A DNA stretch of 64,000 nt, taken from contig NZ_JAUKPO010000001.1 of assembly GCF_030503435.1 (NCBI RefSeq), positions 940,766 to 1,004,765 on the forward strand, written 5' to 3'. Shown piece after piece: positions 1 to 9,856 of the stretch. The number at the start of each line of letters is the position of its first letter. The stretch's first letter is position 1. The position numbers were made by a program, and so were the translations under genes. This DNA comes from Rhodocytophaga aerolata (GTDB taxonomy: Bacteria; Bacteroidota; Bacteroidia; Cytophagales; 172606-1). The notes beneath the pieces are model-generated. The model saw only the letters and a program-made list of their open reading frames with translations, was not told the DNA's origin and made no database searches.

Positions 1-2772
1 GTTATCAATTAAGGCACGAAGCCGGGCTTCTTTTTCCTGGATATGTTCTTTTTGCTGCACCAGCGTTTCCTGAATAACCTTTAATTCTTCCAGATTTTGT
101 CTCAATTCTTCTTCCTGCATCCGCAATTCTTCAGCATCTATACTTATTTTTTCGTACAACCGCTTTTTCTCAATTGCATCCTGTACCCGGTCGGTAATAT
201 CAAAAGTAAATTGTATAAGCTTATAGGGTTTTCCCTGTGAATCTAATACCGGGTTATAAGTTGCCTTCATCCACACGATCTCACCTGTTTTGGTTATTCT
301 GCGGAATTCACCACTATAAAATTCACCTTCTTTCAGTTTACTCCATAATTCAAGAGTAGCTTCTGTATTTGTTTCATCTTCAGGTATAAGGATGCGGTAG
401 TTCTGCCCTATTAACTCTTCTCCCGTATAATGCATCAGATGCAGAAAACTTTCGTTCACGTCTAAAATGGTTCCGTTTAAATCCAGTTCCAGTAAATTGT
501 TAGACTTATTAATGGCATTTATCTGGCTGGAAAGCTCAGCTTCTTTTTTCTCTAACTCATCGCGGGTAATCATTAATTCATAGAGGTTATCCCGCATCAT
601 TTCGCCTTGGGCCATCAGTTCTTCTTCCCGGTCTTCGGCCTCTTTTAGCATCTTAGCTTTCTCTTGTTCCTGTTTTCTACGTTCCGTTATATCTCTTATA
701 AATATGGACACACCTACTACTTCGTGTGTATCTGTTTTTACGGGATTGAAGGAAAGTTCATGAAAAACATTCTCCGCATAAGGCGTATCTTCCCAGGTAA
801 TCAGGAACTGCTCACCTTGCAAGGCTTGGTCGAAGCAATGTTTCCAGGCTTGCTTCTTCTCAGAAGGTAAAGCTGCCAGGAAATTAACACCTTCGCTTAT
901 CTCTGCATACCGCAACTTGTATACATCCAGCATTACCTGATTAATTACTGTAATGTTGTATTGTATATCAATAGAGAAAATGGCATCGCCAGTATTATTA
1001 ATTAAGGCTCGTAAGCGGGCTTCTTTTAAACGCAGAATATGCTGGGTCTTTTCTAATTCTTCCTGGGTAGACATTAATTCTTCCAGGTTCTGACGCAGCT
1101 CCTCTTGCTGGGCTTGTAATTCTTCGTTAGTTTCTTGCTCTATGGCATACAACTTCTGTAGCTGATGTTCATGCGTTACTAATTGGGTAATATCATGCGT
1201 AAAGATGCACACCCCGGTGACTTCGCCTTGTTTATTCATTACCGGATGATAGGCTACTTCCAGCATACCTTCCCCAAATAGGTTCTGCACATGATCCATC
1301 ACAAACTTCTCTCCGGCAAAGGCCCGTTCATAATCTGGTTTCCATACTTTCTCCTCTACGCCTTCAAACATTTTTCTGTAATCGCTGCCTTCCCTTATGA
1401 ATATATCCTTACTGGCACACAGCTCTTTTAAGGCTGTATTCATAAAGGTGATCGTATAATTTGTATCAATAGCAACAATCTTATCATCTGTATTGTTAAT
1501 TACTGCCTGTAAATGGGCTTCTTTATGTTGCAGGATTTCTTGCGCCTGCTGCATTTGAACCATGGCAGCGCGTAACTCAGAATCTTTGGTAAGTACTTCC
1601 TCTGAGCGTAGTTGGGCCTCTTTCAATAGTTGCTCGAGTTGTGCTTCATTTTGGTACCTGGGGGTAACATTCTGTATGAACACAGCTACGCCTACTACTT
1701 CTCCACTACTGCATTTAATAGGCTGATAATGGAGTTCTGTATATTCCTTTCCTGCTGCTTGCAGTTGCTGTGTGCTGATGATTGTTCTTTCGCCGGCAAA
1801 AGCCCGTTCAAAGGGTGTTTTCCAAAGGCTTGTTTCTCCTTCAAACATTCGGCTGCAATCCTGCCCTACCTCCAGATAAATACCTTTCTGAGCCAGTCTA
1901 GTCTGCAAAGGTTGATTTATGACGGTTAGCTGATACTGGCGGTTAACAGCATATATGCCATCAGCGGTATTATTGATTACACTGCAAAGGTTTTCTTCTT
2001 TCTCTGTTAATTTTTGCTGGTTTACCTCCAGGGCCTGTTTGGTAATTTGCAGGGATGCCAGTTGTTCTTTTACCACCTTCCGCTGTGCAATCAACTGACG
2101 CACAATAGTACGGGTCAGAAAATAAGAAACGATTCCGCCAATAAGCAATATGCCTACCAAAACCCGTTTTAGTATGGAAATATGCTGAATGGCAAGAATA
2201 TTTTGGTGGGAAAGCGTAGCCTGCAGTAAATTTACCAAATCGTTGATCTGACTGGTAATTTCACCTGCCTGTGGCCGAAGTTCCAGAGCAATCTTGTCTT
2301 GCAGCGGTTTATGTACTTCATAAGTAGTCGTTTGTTTGCTTAAAGCAATCGCTTCTGCCAGAATTTTGTTGTAACGATGTACACTTAGCCGCAAGGCAGT
2401 ACTAAGTTGCAGGGCCTGCGGTTGCTGCCATACTTCCAAAATGGCTTGTAAGGAGTCCAGCGATTTAGCAATTTCCGGTCCTGAATTGATTTCTGCTTGC
2501 GCACCAACAGAGGGCAAGTAAATACGTTGCTCCAGCAACAGCACTTGTTGATTAATCTGTTGCTGAAGGCGGTAGGCCTCCAATTGGGCTACTTTTATAT
2601 ACGTGTTTTTTTCGTAGGAGAGACGGTGGATATAGTCCAGACCAAAAATAAATATTACATATAAGGCAAGTGAAAACAAAAAAATATAGATCGCTACGAA
2701 AAGCAATTTTACGCCAGCCGGTGTAAAACCAGCCCATTGCATTTTAATATGAGGTAACGTAGAATCCGGCAT
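1..2772 (-). CDS. Multi-PAS sensor protein, probably a histidine kinase; 5'-partial in the window, with the C-terminal output domain lying beyond position 1
   Basis: Open frame on the minus strand from ATG 2772..2770 (MPDSTLPHIKMQWAGF...) to the window edge with no stop. Two TM segments flank a roughly 200-aa extracytoplasmic region. At least four PAS-like modules follow, separated by coiled-coil Q/E/L-rich linkers (LQ..QEELRQNLEEL repeats). Absent from the ORF track because no stop codon falls inside the window. Confidence 0.7.
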   Translation of the reverse strand, partial: MPDSTLPHIKMQWAGFTPAGVKLLFVAIYIFLFSLALYVIFIFGLDYIHRLSYEKNTYIKVAQLEAYRLQQQINQQVLLLEQRIYLPSVGAQAEINSGPEIAKSLDSLQAILEVWQQPQALQLSTALRLSVHRYNKILAEAIALSKQTTTYEVHKPLQDKIALELRPQAGEITSQINDLVNLLQATLSHQNILAIQHISILKRVLVGILLIGGIVSYFLTRTIVRQLIAQRKVVKEQLASLQITKQALEVNQQKLTEKEENLCSVINNTADGIYAVNRQYQLTVINQPLQTRLAQKGIYLEVGQDCSRMFEGETSLWKTPFERAFAGERTIISTQQLQAAGKEYTELHYQPIKCSSGEVVGVAVFIQNVTPRYQNEAQLEQLLKEAQLRSEEVLTKDSELRAAMVQMQQAQEILQHKEAHLQAVINNTDDKIVAIDTNYTITFMNTALKELCASKDIFIREGSDYRKMFEGVEEKVWKPDYERAFAGEKFVMDHVQNLFGEGMLEVAYHPVMNKQGEVTGVCIFTHDITQLVTHEHQLQKLYAIEQETNEELQAQQEELRQNLEELMSTQEELEKTQHILRLKEARLRALINNTGDAIFSIDIQYNITVINQVMLDVYKLRYAEISEGVNFLAALPSEKKQAWKHCFDQALQGEQFLITWEDTPYAENVFHELSFNPVKTDTHEVVGVSIFIRDITERRKQEQEKAKMLKEAEDREEELMAQGEMMRDNLYELMITRDELEKKEAELSSQINAINKSNNLLELDLNGTILDVNESFLHLMHYTGEELIGQNYRILIPEDETNTEATLELWSKLKEGEFYSGEFRRITKTGEIVWMKATYNPVLDSQGKPYKLIQFTFDITDRVQDAIEKKRLYEKISIDAEELRMQEEELRQNLEELKVIQETLVQQKEHIQEKEARLRALIDN

Positions 2773-3218
2773 GATATATTTTATTAATCTATAGAAGTAT
2801 ATTCACTACCAATTTGTTGTAAAAAATTAAAAATAGAAGACGATAAATAATCTGTTGAATAAAGTAGCTACTCATGCAATAAGAGTAAAAGACCTATGGA
2901 TAAAAAATAAAAAACAGCTAAAAAGATACTTACCTCAGAACATTATCTGTTTATGTGAGAAGCACTTACTCAAGCAAATTAATGCTAGGGATCAAGTAGT
3001 GGAAGGAAGCTGAGGTTAGGAGGTATCAGGTACATACAACTCCCTTAGAAACGAAAAATGCTTTTATGTTTGCACCTGTATATTTGCACCATATAGGCGG
3101 CCTGTCTTCTTGCAAACTAATCCTGTATCTTTGTAGTAGTTTGATTCTTTGTTGCCAATCAAGTCATAGTCTATATCTACATAAATGCTTGAAGCTAAAA
3201 TAGGTTTGTTTAAAATTT

Positions 3219-3617
3219 ATGAGATTAAAACACTTTAATATCACCTTTGGTAGCCAGATTTTCAAGGCTTTTAGTGAAGAATCCCGTATACGGATTATCT
3301 ACCTGCTCTATAATAATGAAGAAATGTGTATCTCGGATATAGAACATATTCTGGACTTTACACAAGCCAAAACATCGCGTCATCTGATTTATTTGAAGAA
3401 TGCAGGCTTATTAGGTTTTAAAAAAGTAGACCAGTGGGCCTATTATTATTTAAAAGAAGAGGTGAAAGACATTGTACAACAAATATTCCAGTACCTGGGC
3501 AAAGATCCGGTGTTACTCAACGACCAGGAAACATACCGCATCTTATATTCAAACCGGGAGCTGGCTATTTGTAAAAGGCATCAGCATAAGTGGTCGGGAG
3601 GAGTATTGAAACAATAA
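3219..3617 (+). CDS. ArsR/SmtB-family metalloregulatory transcriptional repressor
   Basis: 132 aa. Winged-HTH core EESRIRIIYLL...EMCISDIEHILDFTQAKTSRHLIYLKNAGLL is typical of the ArsR family. Confidence 0.8.
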   Translation: MRLKHFNITFGSQIFKAFSEESRIRIIYLLYNNEEMCISDIEHILDFTQAKTSRHLIYLKNAGLLGFKKVDQWAYYYLKEEVKDIVQQIFQYLGKDPVLLNDQETYRILYSNRELAICKRHQHKWSGGVLKQ

Positions 3618-3699
3618 GTCAATAGAGACGGTTAGTAAAAGAGGCTGAGGTAAGTCAACCCCATTTTATGCCTAACAAACCAAAAACAACCATTTGTAT

Positions 3700-4005
3700 A
3701 TGAAATATAAAAAACATGTATTCATCTGTACCAACCAGAAAGAAGGAGGCAAAAGATGTTGCGGAGAAGAAAAAGGCATGGTGCTTGTAAATGCTTTTAA
3801 AGAAGCCATTAAGACAAGAGGATTACAGATGGAAATGCGGGCACAAAAAACAGGTTGCCTGGATGCCTGTAACTTTGGACCGGCATTAGTAGTATACCCT
3901 GAAGGCACCTACTATGGCCATGTACAGCCAGAAGATGTGCAAGAAATTGTAGAGCAACACTTACTACAAAATCAGCCGGTTACCCGTCTGGTACTTCCTT
4001 ACTAA
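3700..4005 (+). CDS. Thioredoxin-like [2Fe-2S] ferredoxin (NuoE-like fold)
   Basis: Cys pattern C-x9-CC ... C-x3-C (ICTNQKEGGKRCCG ... GCLDAC). The track ORF begins at a TTG (3694); the in-frame ATG at 3700 (MKYKKHVF) is preferred. Confidence 0.6.
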   Translation: MKYKKHVFICTNQKEGGKRCCGEEKGMVLVNAFKEAIKTRGLQMEMRAQKTGCLDACNFGPALVVYPEGTYYGHVQPEDVQEIVEQHLLQNQPVTRLVLPY

Positions 4006-4082
4006 TTATTTATAACAGCCAAGTTAACGTAAAAGCATAGCAAAAAGCTTTTATTATTAACCAGTTATGTAAACCTTATTTT

Positions 4083-4781
4083 ATGCCAGCTTACCAGCAT
4101 ATATTTTTTGACCTGGATCATACCTTATGGGATTTTGAACGATGTTCCTGCGAAACGCTACACGAACTTTTCTATACATACCAGCTGCACACATTAGCGG
4201 ATAATCTTACTGTAGATACCTTTGTTACTGCTTTCCGTAAAGTAAACCGCCGTTTGTGGACTTTATATGGAGCCGGAGACATTACCCAGCAAGAATTACG
4301 TACCACCCGTTTCAACCTGATATTTAAAGAATTGGGCATTAGCAATAAGGAAATGGCAGCCAGGCTTGCTGATGAATATATTCAGCTTTGTCCACAAAAG
4401 CCGCACTTGCTGCCCTATGCCAAGGATATGTTAGATTACCTGAGTAACAAGTACATGTTGCATATTATTACCAATGGCTTTGCTGATGTGCAAATGATTA
4501 AACTGAAAAGTGCCAATATCATGTCGTATTTTTCTGAGATTATCACGTCTGAGAAAGCAGGGTGCCATAAACCAGACAGACGCATATTTGATTTTACCCT
4601 TCAACGGATAAAATCACATCCCAAAGAATGTATCATGATTGGTGACAGTTTAGACTCAGATATTAAAGGAGCCAGAAATGCGCAGTTAGATCATATATTC
4701 TATAACTATGAGAACATAACGCACCAGGAAAGCCCTATGCACGAGATAAAATGCTTGAGTGAGTTGAAGGAGTTACTGTAA
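4083..4781 (+). CDS. HAD-superfamily hydrolase (YjjG-like noncanonical nucleotidase / phosphatase)
   Basis: DxDxT motif I (FFDLDHTLWDF), a HAD cap, and C-terminal motif IV GDSLDSDIKGA. Confidence 0.75.
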   Translation: MPAYQHIFFDLDHTLWDFERCSCETLHELFYTYQLHTLADNLTVDTFVTAFRKVNRRLWTLYGAGDITQQELRTTRFNLIFKELGISNKEMAARLADEYIQLCPQKPHLLPYAKDMLDYLSNKYMLHIITNGFADVQMIKLKSANIMSYFSEIITSEKAGCHKPDRRIFDFTLQRIKSHPKECIMIGDSLDSDIKGARNAQLDHIFYNYENITHQESPMHEIKCLSELKELL

Positions 4782-4881
4782 TTGCGAAATAAGAGAAATG
4801 GAAATTCATAGCTATTTATACTTTCAGAAGTTTAAATAAACTGCTAGCTTTTATTCCTCATTACTATATTTTCCAAGCAGA

Positions 4882-5697
4882 TTACAGTTTCTCTATCAGT
4901 TTTTTGAATAATAAAGATAGCTTTTGGTCGGCTTTAGCAGCTACTTCTATAATTTCCTCTATGCTGATAGGTTGCAGATTGTCCGGGTCACATTCGTCGG
5001 TTACAACAGATATTGCTGCGCAAGGCAAACTCATATGATTGGCCACAATTACTTCCGGCACAGTAGACATACCCACCACATCCGCCCCAATCATGCGCAA
5101 AAAGCGGTATTCAGCACGGGTTTCTAGATTAGGGCCAGCGACCGATACATACACCCCTTGCTTTAAGGGAATATTTTCCTCAAGACTGATTCGTAATAAT
5201 CTGGAAGCAAGTTCTGCTGAATAAGGCTGACTCATATCCGGGAAACGGGGTCCAAACTCATTATTATTCCGTCCAATTAGTGGATTATCTGGTAACAGAT
5301 TTATATGATCTGAGATTAGGATGAGATCGCCTTTTTTGTATTGTAAATTTAATCCGCCGGCTGCATTGGAAAGGAGTAAATGCTGGATGCCCAGTAGCCG
5401 CATTACCCGGATTGGAAAAGTAATTTGCTGCATACTGTAGCCTTCGTAATAATGGAAACGGCCCTGCATAGCCAATACCTTTTTATCACCTATTTTTCCA
5501 TAAATTAGCTTGCCTTTATGCATTTCCACAGTGGCTTCCGGAAAATGTGGAATATCCGTATACTCTATTAGTTGCTCTATGGCAATATACTTGGTAAGCC
5601 AGCCTAACCCTGTCCCCAGCACAATGCCTGTTTCAGCATGCTGTATACCCCGGTTTCTAAGGTAGGAAACAGCCTCCTCATAATGTGTCTTTGTCAT
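4882..5697 (-). CDS. Purine nucleoside phosphorylase (PNP/MTAP family I)
   Basis: 271 aa. GTGLG phosphate-binding loop, MSTVPEV motif and a trimeric-PNP-like length. Confidence 0.8.
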   Translation of the reverse strand: MTKTHYEEAVSYLRNRGIQHAETGIVLGTGLGWLTKYIAIEQLIEYTDIPHFPEATVEMHKGKLIYGKIGDKKVLAMQGRFHYYEGYSMQQITFPIRVMRLLGIQHLLLSNAAGGLNLQYKKGDLILISDHINLLPDNPLIGRNNNEFGPRFPDMSQPYSAELASRLLRISLEENIPLKQGVYVSVAGPNLETRAEYRFLRMIGADVVGMSTVPEVIVANHMSLPCAAISVVTDECDPDNLQPISIEEIIEVAAKADQKLSLLFKKLIEKL

Positions 5698-5782
5698 AAG
5701 TTAATGGAAATTACAATAGTTTTCACAAAAGCGCGTCCGTCCGCAAGTATAAAAAACAAAATATAGCTGTGCACCAGATACC

Positions 5783-6403
5783 CTATAAAGATTTCAGTTG
5801 ATATGTACTCTGTTTCAAAAGGGCTAAATCTTCTTCCCGGTCCACATCCTGCAAAGTAGGTAACAAAGTATATGCTTTATGCAACTTGTGTAGATCAGCC
5901 AGCGTACTGTTAAATACGGTTGGCGAGCTCCAGGCTTTATTAATGAACAGCTCAGGAATACTCTTTACTAAACCTAGCAAATAATAGCCACCATCCGTAG
6001 CAGGTCCAATAACTACATTAGCAGTTGCTAGTGCATCGAAAGCTTGGTGAATAATATGAGTAGTCAGTTCAGGACAATCACTGCCAATAATTACTACTTG
6101 TTGGTACAGTTGTTCAAAAGCCCAGCAAAAGGCATTCTCCATCCGCCGGCCCAGGTCTGCTCCCTGCTGAACCTGTTTGAGATAGTGCTCATTCGGCCAT
6201 ATATCGTTTTCCTCTACAAAATCAGAGTAAAATACGGCCCTGTCTGTATGCACTTCTTTGGTAATATTTACTGTATAGGCTAATAATTGCTCATATATTT
6301 GCAGGGCACTGTTTTCTCCCATCGTTCTGGCAAGCCTGGTTTTTACTTTTCCTTTTATGGGGTTTTTTACAAAAATCAATAACAATCTACGCGGTTGAGA
6401 CAT
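5783..6403 (-). CDS. DUF2064 / TIGR04282-like transferase (rSAM/selenodomain-associated transferase 1, labelled arsenosugar biosynthesis glycosyltransferase)
   Basis: 206 aa. N-terminus LLLIFVKNPIKGKVKTRLA is typical of DUF2064. Directly downstream of ArsS on the same strand. Confidence 0.65.
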   Translation of the reverse strand: MSQPRRLLLIFVKNPIKGKVKTRLARTMGENSALQIYEQLLAYTVNITKEVHTDRAVFYSDFVEENDIWPNEHYLKQVQQGADLGRRMENAFCWAFEQLYQQVVIIGSDCPELTTHIIHQAFDALATANVVIGPATDGGYYLLGLVKSIPELFINKAWSSPTVFNSTLADLHKLHKAYTLLPTLQDVDREEDLALLKQSTYQLKSL

Positions 6404-6461
6404 ATTAGGTGATAAGGCTGAGCCACTCTAGTAGCCATAGCAGTTTAAAAGTAGCTAAGTA

Positions 6462-7526
6462 TTAAGCAGTTGCCCCGCCACAGCTGGAACCTGCGCCAGC
6501 TGTACAGCCATAACAATGTTGCCTCAATACAATTTCCCGTTCATTTAATGTCTGTAAATTAAACGTAGATATGTGTTGAGAACTGGCAGCAGCTACAGGA
6601 AGATCCAACATCTGGTTAAAATCACAGTCATACAAGCCACCATCCCAGCTGACAGATATTGTATTGCGGCACATCACCCCTCTGGCTGCCTGGGCATTGA
6701 AGGAATTAACCAATTTCTCCATATATCCTTCATAATTGCCACTTTGCATCAGAAAATCCAGAAATCGGCTAATGGGCATATTGGTGATAGCATATAAGTT
6801 ATTAAAGTGGATATTGAACTCCTCAAGCAATACTTTTTTAAACTGCTGTTCTAAGGAGTGTTGGGTAGCCGGCAGAAATGCACCACTGGGGTTGTATACT
6901 AAATTCAGCAACAAACCAGTGCCTTCCTGTCCATACCCTTGTTCATTTAACAACTGTAGTGCTTTCATAGAATCTTCAAATACGCCTTTGCCCCGCTGCC
7001 GGTCGGTACGGTCTGCATTGTAAAAAGGCAAGGAACTAACTACTTCTACATTATGCGTGCGGTAAAATTCTGGCAGATCATAATATTTAGGATTAGCTAC
7101 AATAATTGTCAGATTACAGCGGACCATTACTTTCTTGCCCAATTTGGTGCATTCTTCTACAAACCAACGGAAATGTGGATTCATTTCGGGAGCCCCACCG
7201 GTAATATCCACTACAGAAATAACATGGGTAGCTAATACCTTCAGGCACTGCTCCATAGTCTCCTTAGTCATGATCTCTTTCCTGTCTGGCCCGGCATCTA
7301 CATGGCAATGCCGGCAGGTCTGGTTACACATCTTCCCCACATTTACCTGGAATATATCTATCCCGGTAGGCTGCAAAGGATATAATCCGGATTGAGCTAA
7401 TTTTTCCCGGAAATGAGGCAATAGTTTACCGTTTTTTGGCGAAGCTTCTAATAACTCCAGCTGGTAAGCTGCCTGCGCCAATGGGTCATTACTGCTTTTT
7501 AAACTCTTGGTTAATACCTGGGTCAT
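6462..7526 (-). CDS. arsS: Arsenosugar-biosynthesis-type radical SAM protein ArsS (TIGR04167-like, Cys form of the C-terminal selenodomain)
   Basis: CNQTCRHCH radical-SAM CxxxCxxC motif. C-terminal CYGCTAGAGSSCGGATA Cys-rich tail is characteristic of the ArsS family. Confidence 0.75.
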   Translation of the reverse strand: MTQVLTKSLKSSNDPLAQAAYQLELLEASPKNGKLLPHFREKLAQSGLYPLQPTGIDIFQVNVGKMCNQTCRHCHVDAGPDRKEIMTKETMEQCLKVLATHVISVVDITGGAPEMNPHFRWFVEECTKLGKKVMVRCNLTIIVANPKYYDLPEFYRTHNVEVVSSLPFYNADRTDRQRGKGVFEDSMKALQLLNEQGYGQEGTGLLLNLVYNPSGAFLPATQHSLEQQFKKVLLEEFNIHFNNLYAITNMPISRFLDFLMQSGNYEGYMEKLVNSFNAQAARGVMCRNTISVSWDGGLYDCDFNQMLDLPVAAASSQHISTFNLQTLNEREIVLRQHCYGCTAGAGSSCGGATA

Positions 7527-7626
7527 AAAATGAATTTACATAGCAACCCATAGCTGCTGCTATTTTTGAAATTTACTACTTACACTTTCCGGTCGTTATG
7601 GAAAGCATGAAAGCCCATGCACGATG

Positions 7627-7962
7627 TTACATGGAAAGATCTTTCACTTTATTCATCATTTGTACGCCATGAACTAGCGTAGCCCCACCTCTGATAGCTG
7701 CTGCCACATGCACTGCTTCCATCATCTGACCTTCTGTATATCCTTTTTCCATGGCATCTACCGAATAGGCGTCAATACAATAAGGGCATTGTACGGCATG
7801 AGCTACCGCTAAGGCAATTAGTGATTTTTCTCTGGCCGAAAGTTCACCTTCAGCAAACACTTCTCCGTAGTAGCTGAAAAACTTATCGGCCAGCTGCTTT
7901 TGAAATTCACCAATGCTGCCAAATTTTTTAAGGTCTTCGGGGTTATAATAGGTTGGGTTCAT
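7627..7962 (-). CDS. Carboxymuconolactone-decarboxylase/AhpD-like protein (rSAM-associated peroxidase-like protein)
   Basis: 111 aa. CMD-family CxxC (AVQCPYCIDAY). It is the first gene of the minus-strand operon with ArsS. Confidence 0.7.
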   Translation of the reverse strand: MNPTYYNPEDLKKFGSIGEFQKQLADKFFSYYGEVFAEGELSAREKSLIALAVAHAVQCPYCIDAYSVDAMEKGYTEGQMMEAVHVAAAIRGGATLVHGVQMMNKVKDLSM

Positions 7963-8108
7963 ACGAGCGTAACTAAGAAAGAGATTGACTATTTGTTTAA
8001 CTGATACATACGAAGACTTGTTTGAAACAGATGTGTAACGTATATTTTTGTCGAACGATTAATGGACGCCACAAGGAGTCTGTTTACTACTAGGCACGAA
8101 TTCCCAAT

Positions 8109-8828
8109 ATGGAAAAAAAACCTGCAAATGACAAAATTAGTATTATTATCCCCACATATAATGAAGCAGGCACTATCGAAAAATTAGTAAGTTACCTTAT
8201 TGGTTTTAAAGCTGAAGCTATACACGAGATTCTGGTAGCTGATGGCGGTAGTACAGATGATACTTGCCAGCTAGCCCAACAAGCAGGCGCTTCAGTTATT
8301 GTATGTCCTAAAAAAGGCCGCGGTGCACAAATGAATTCCGGAGCAGCCCAGGCGACAGGTGGTATTCTATACTTTTTACATGCCGACTCTTATCCGCCAT
8401 CGGGCTTCTGGCAAGATATTATTACTTCCATCAAATGTGGATATCCCAGTGGCTGCTATCAGCTGGCATTCGACGATCCACATCCTTTTCTGCGTTTCAA
8501 TGCCTGGTTCACCCGATTTAACATAGATGCGGTCCGTTTTGGAGACCAAAGTTTATTTGTTACCAGCGACGTATTTCAGAAAGCCGGGGGCTTCCGGGAA
8601 GATTTGATTGTAATGGAAGATCAGGAAATTATTGGACGGATCCGCAAGTATGCCAAGTTTAAAATTTTGGCAGGCAAAGTAACTACTTCGGCTAGGAAGT
8701 ACCGGGAGAATGGCGTGTATAAACTTCAGGGAATTTTCTTTCTGATTTATTTTCTTTATCAACTAGGTGTACCACAAGAAAAACTGGTAAAGCTCTATAA
8801 ACGGTTGATCCGGCAGAATAAGGTATAA
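8109..8828 (+). CDS. Family-2 glycosyltransferase, TIGR04283-like (rSAM/selenodomain-associated transferase 2)
   Basis: N-terminus ISIIIPTYNEAGTIE matches GT2. Divergent from the ArsS operon across a 146-bp promoter region. Confidence 0.7.
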   Translation: MEKKPANDKISIIIPTYNEAGTIEKLVSYLIGFKAEAIHEILVADGGSTDDTCQLAQQAGASVIVCPKKGRGAQMNSGAAQATGGILYFLHADSYPPSGFWQDIITSIKCGYPSGCYQLAFDDPHPFLRFNAWFTRFNIDAVRFGDQSLFVTSDVFQKAGGFREDLIVMEDQEIIGRIRKYAKFKILAGKVTTSARKYRENGVYKLQGIFFLIYFLYQLGVPQEKLVKLYKRLIRQNKV

Positions 8829-8830
8829 AT

Positions 8831-8873
8831 CAACAACACCTCACAGGTTTTAGAAACCTGTGAGGTGTTGTTA
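8831..8873. terminator. Perfect 19-20 bp palindromic hairpin between convergent genes (bidirectional terminator)
   Basis: caacaacacctcacaggttt / aaacctgtgaggtgttgttag read directly from the sequence. Sits between the + CDS ending at 8828 and the - CDS ending at 8885. Confidence 0.7.
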
Positions 8874-8884
8874 GTTAGCTATTC

Positions 8885-9856
8885 TTAAATGTGGGTGGTA
8901 TAGCCTATTTTATCGCCATCGGCATTGTATAAATCACCATTTTTAGATACATAGATATACTTCTTCTGGTCATTATAAATTACCAGCGGAAAATCTTCGT
9001 TGGTAGATTTAGCTATTTTACCCACAACCGCTATTCCATTCTGGCCTACTTTAATCAGATTCAAGTTTTTAGTGAGGTAATAATCCTCTGAAGCAGCATG
9101 GTTAAACACTACTTTGCCTATCAGGTGCTGCTTATCAATGCCTGTTTTGGGCTGTACTTCTGGCTGATAAACAGGCTCCTCTACAGACGGATACTGCTGA
9201 GCCACTGTTTCTTGCTGTGGAGTTTCCTGCTGCCTGGCTATTACCTCTGTGGACACGGTTTCATCCGCCTGTTTCCAGCCTACCGAAATGGCTTCCAGCC
9301 GGGCATTTTTAGCCGGATGTGTATAAGAACCTTCGTCAGCAGCTAATACGCGCATAGCCGCTTGTGCTTCATGTAAACTTGCCCCCATTTTCCGCAACAC
9401 AAATCCTGAAAACTCGTCGGCCTCCAGTTCGCTGGAAGGGCGGCTACCAGCGTGGTCTAAGGTATGTCCGTTCAGATGATGGCCAATTTCATGAGCTAAT
9501 ATACTAATAGCCGCCCAGTTGGTACGGGTAGCTCCTTCAATCTGGGATATAAAATTCTGGCTGTACAGGATATACCGTTTGCTGTTGTAAATAACAGCAG
9601 CTGCATTATCCACATTAGCAGCCTTCAGTTCGAACCTCGGCTTTAGGCCCACAGCTTCCATAATCCTTCTGACTACCATATTTGCTTCACTACTGGATCT
9701 GAATTCGTACAACTCTCCATTAATTGGTTCTCCGGTATAAGTACAACTCTGCTCTACCTCAACAAGCAAAGGAGTCTGGCTGAAACTCTTACCAAAATTT
9801 AACAACACAAACAGCAAGCAAAATACAATTTTGCCAATATATAGTTGGTTTATCAT
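8885..9856 (-). CDS. Secreted protein with HExxH zinc-metallopeptidase-like motif and a P/Q/E-rich linker plus C-terminal domain
   Basis: Signal peptide MINQLYIGKIVFCLLFVLLNFGKSFSQ. HEIGHHLNGH followed by ELEAD. Family not identified. Confidence 0.45.
   Translation of the reverse strand: MINQLYIGKIVFCLLFVLLNFGKSFSQTPLLVEVEQSCTYTGEPINGELYEFRSSSEANMVVRRIMEAVGLKPRFELKAANVDNAAAVIYNSKRYILYSQNFISQIEGATRTNWAAISILAHEIGHHLNGHTLDHAGSRPSSELEADEFSGFVLRKMGASLHEAQAAMRVLAADEGSYTHPAKNARLEAISVGWKQADETVSTEVIARQQETPQQETVAQQYPSVEEPVYQPEVQPKTGIDKQHLIGKVVFNHAASEDYYLTKNLNLIKVGQNGIAVVGKIAKSTNEDFPLVIYNDQKKYIYVSKNGDLYNADGDKIGYTTHI

Noticed and set aside
2552-2737. 61-aa ORF on the minus strand
   Set aside because: It is an alternative frame of the N-terminus of the multi-PAS sensor. 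The long frame, starting at 2772, reads through 2.7 kb without a stop.
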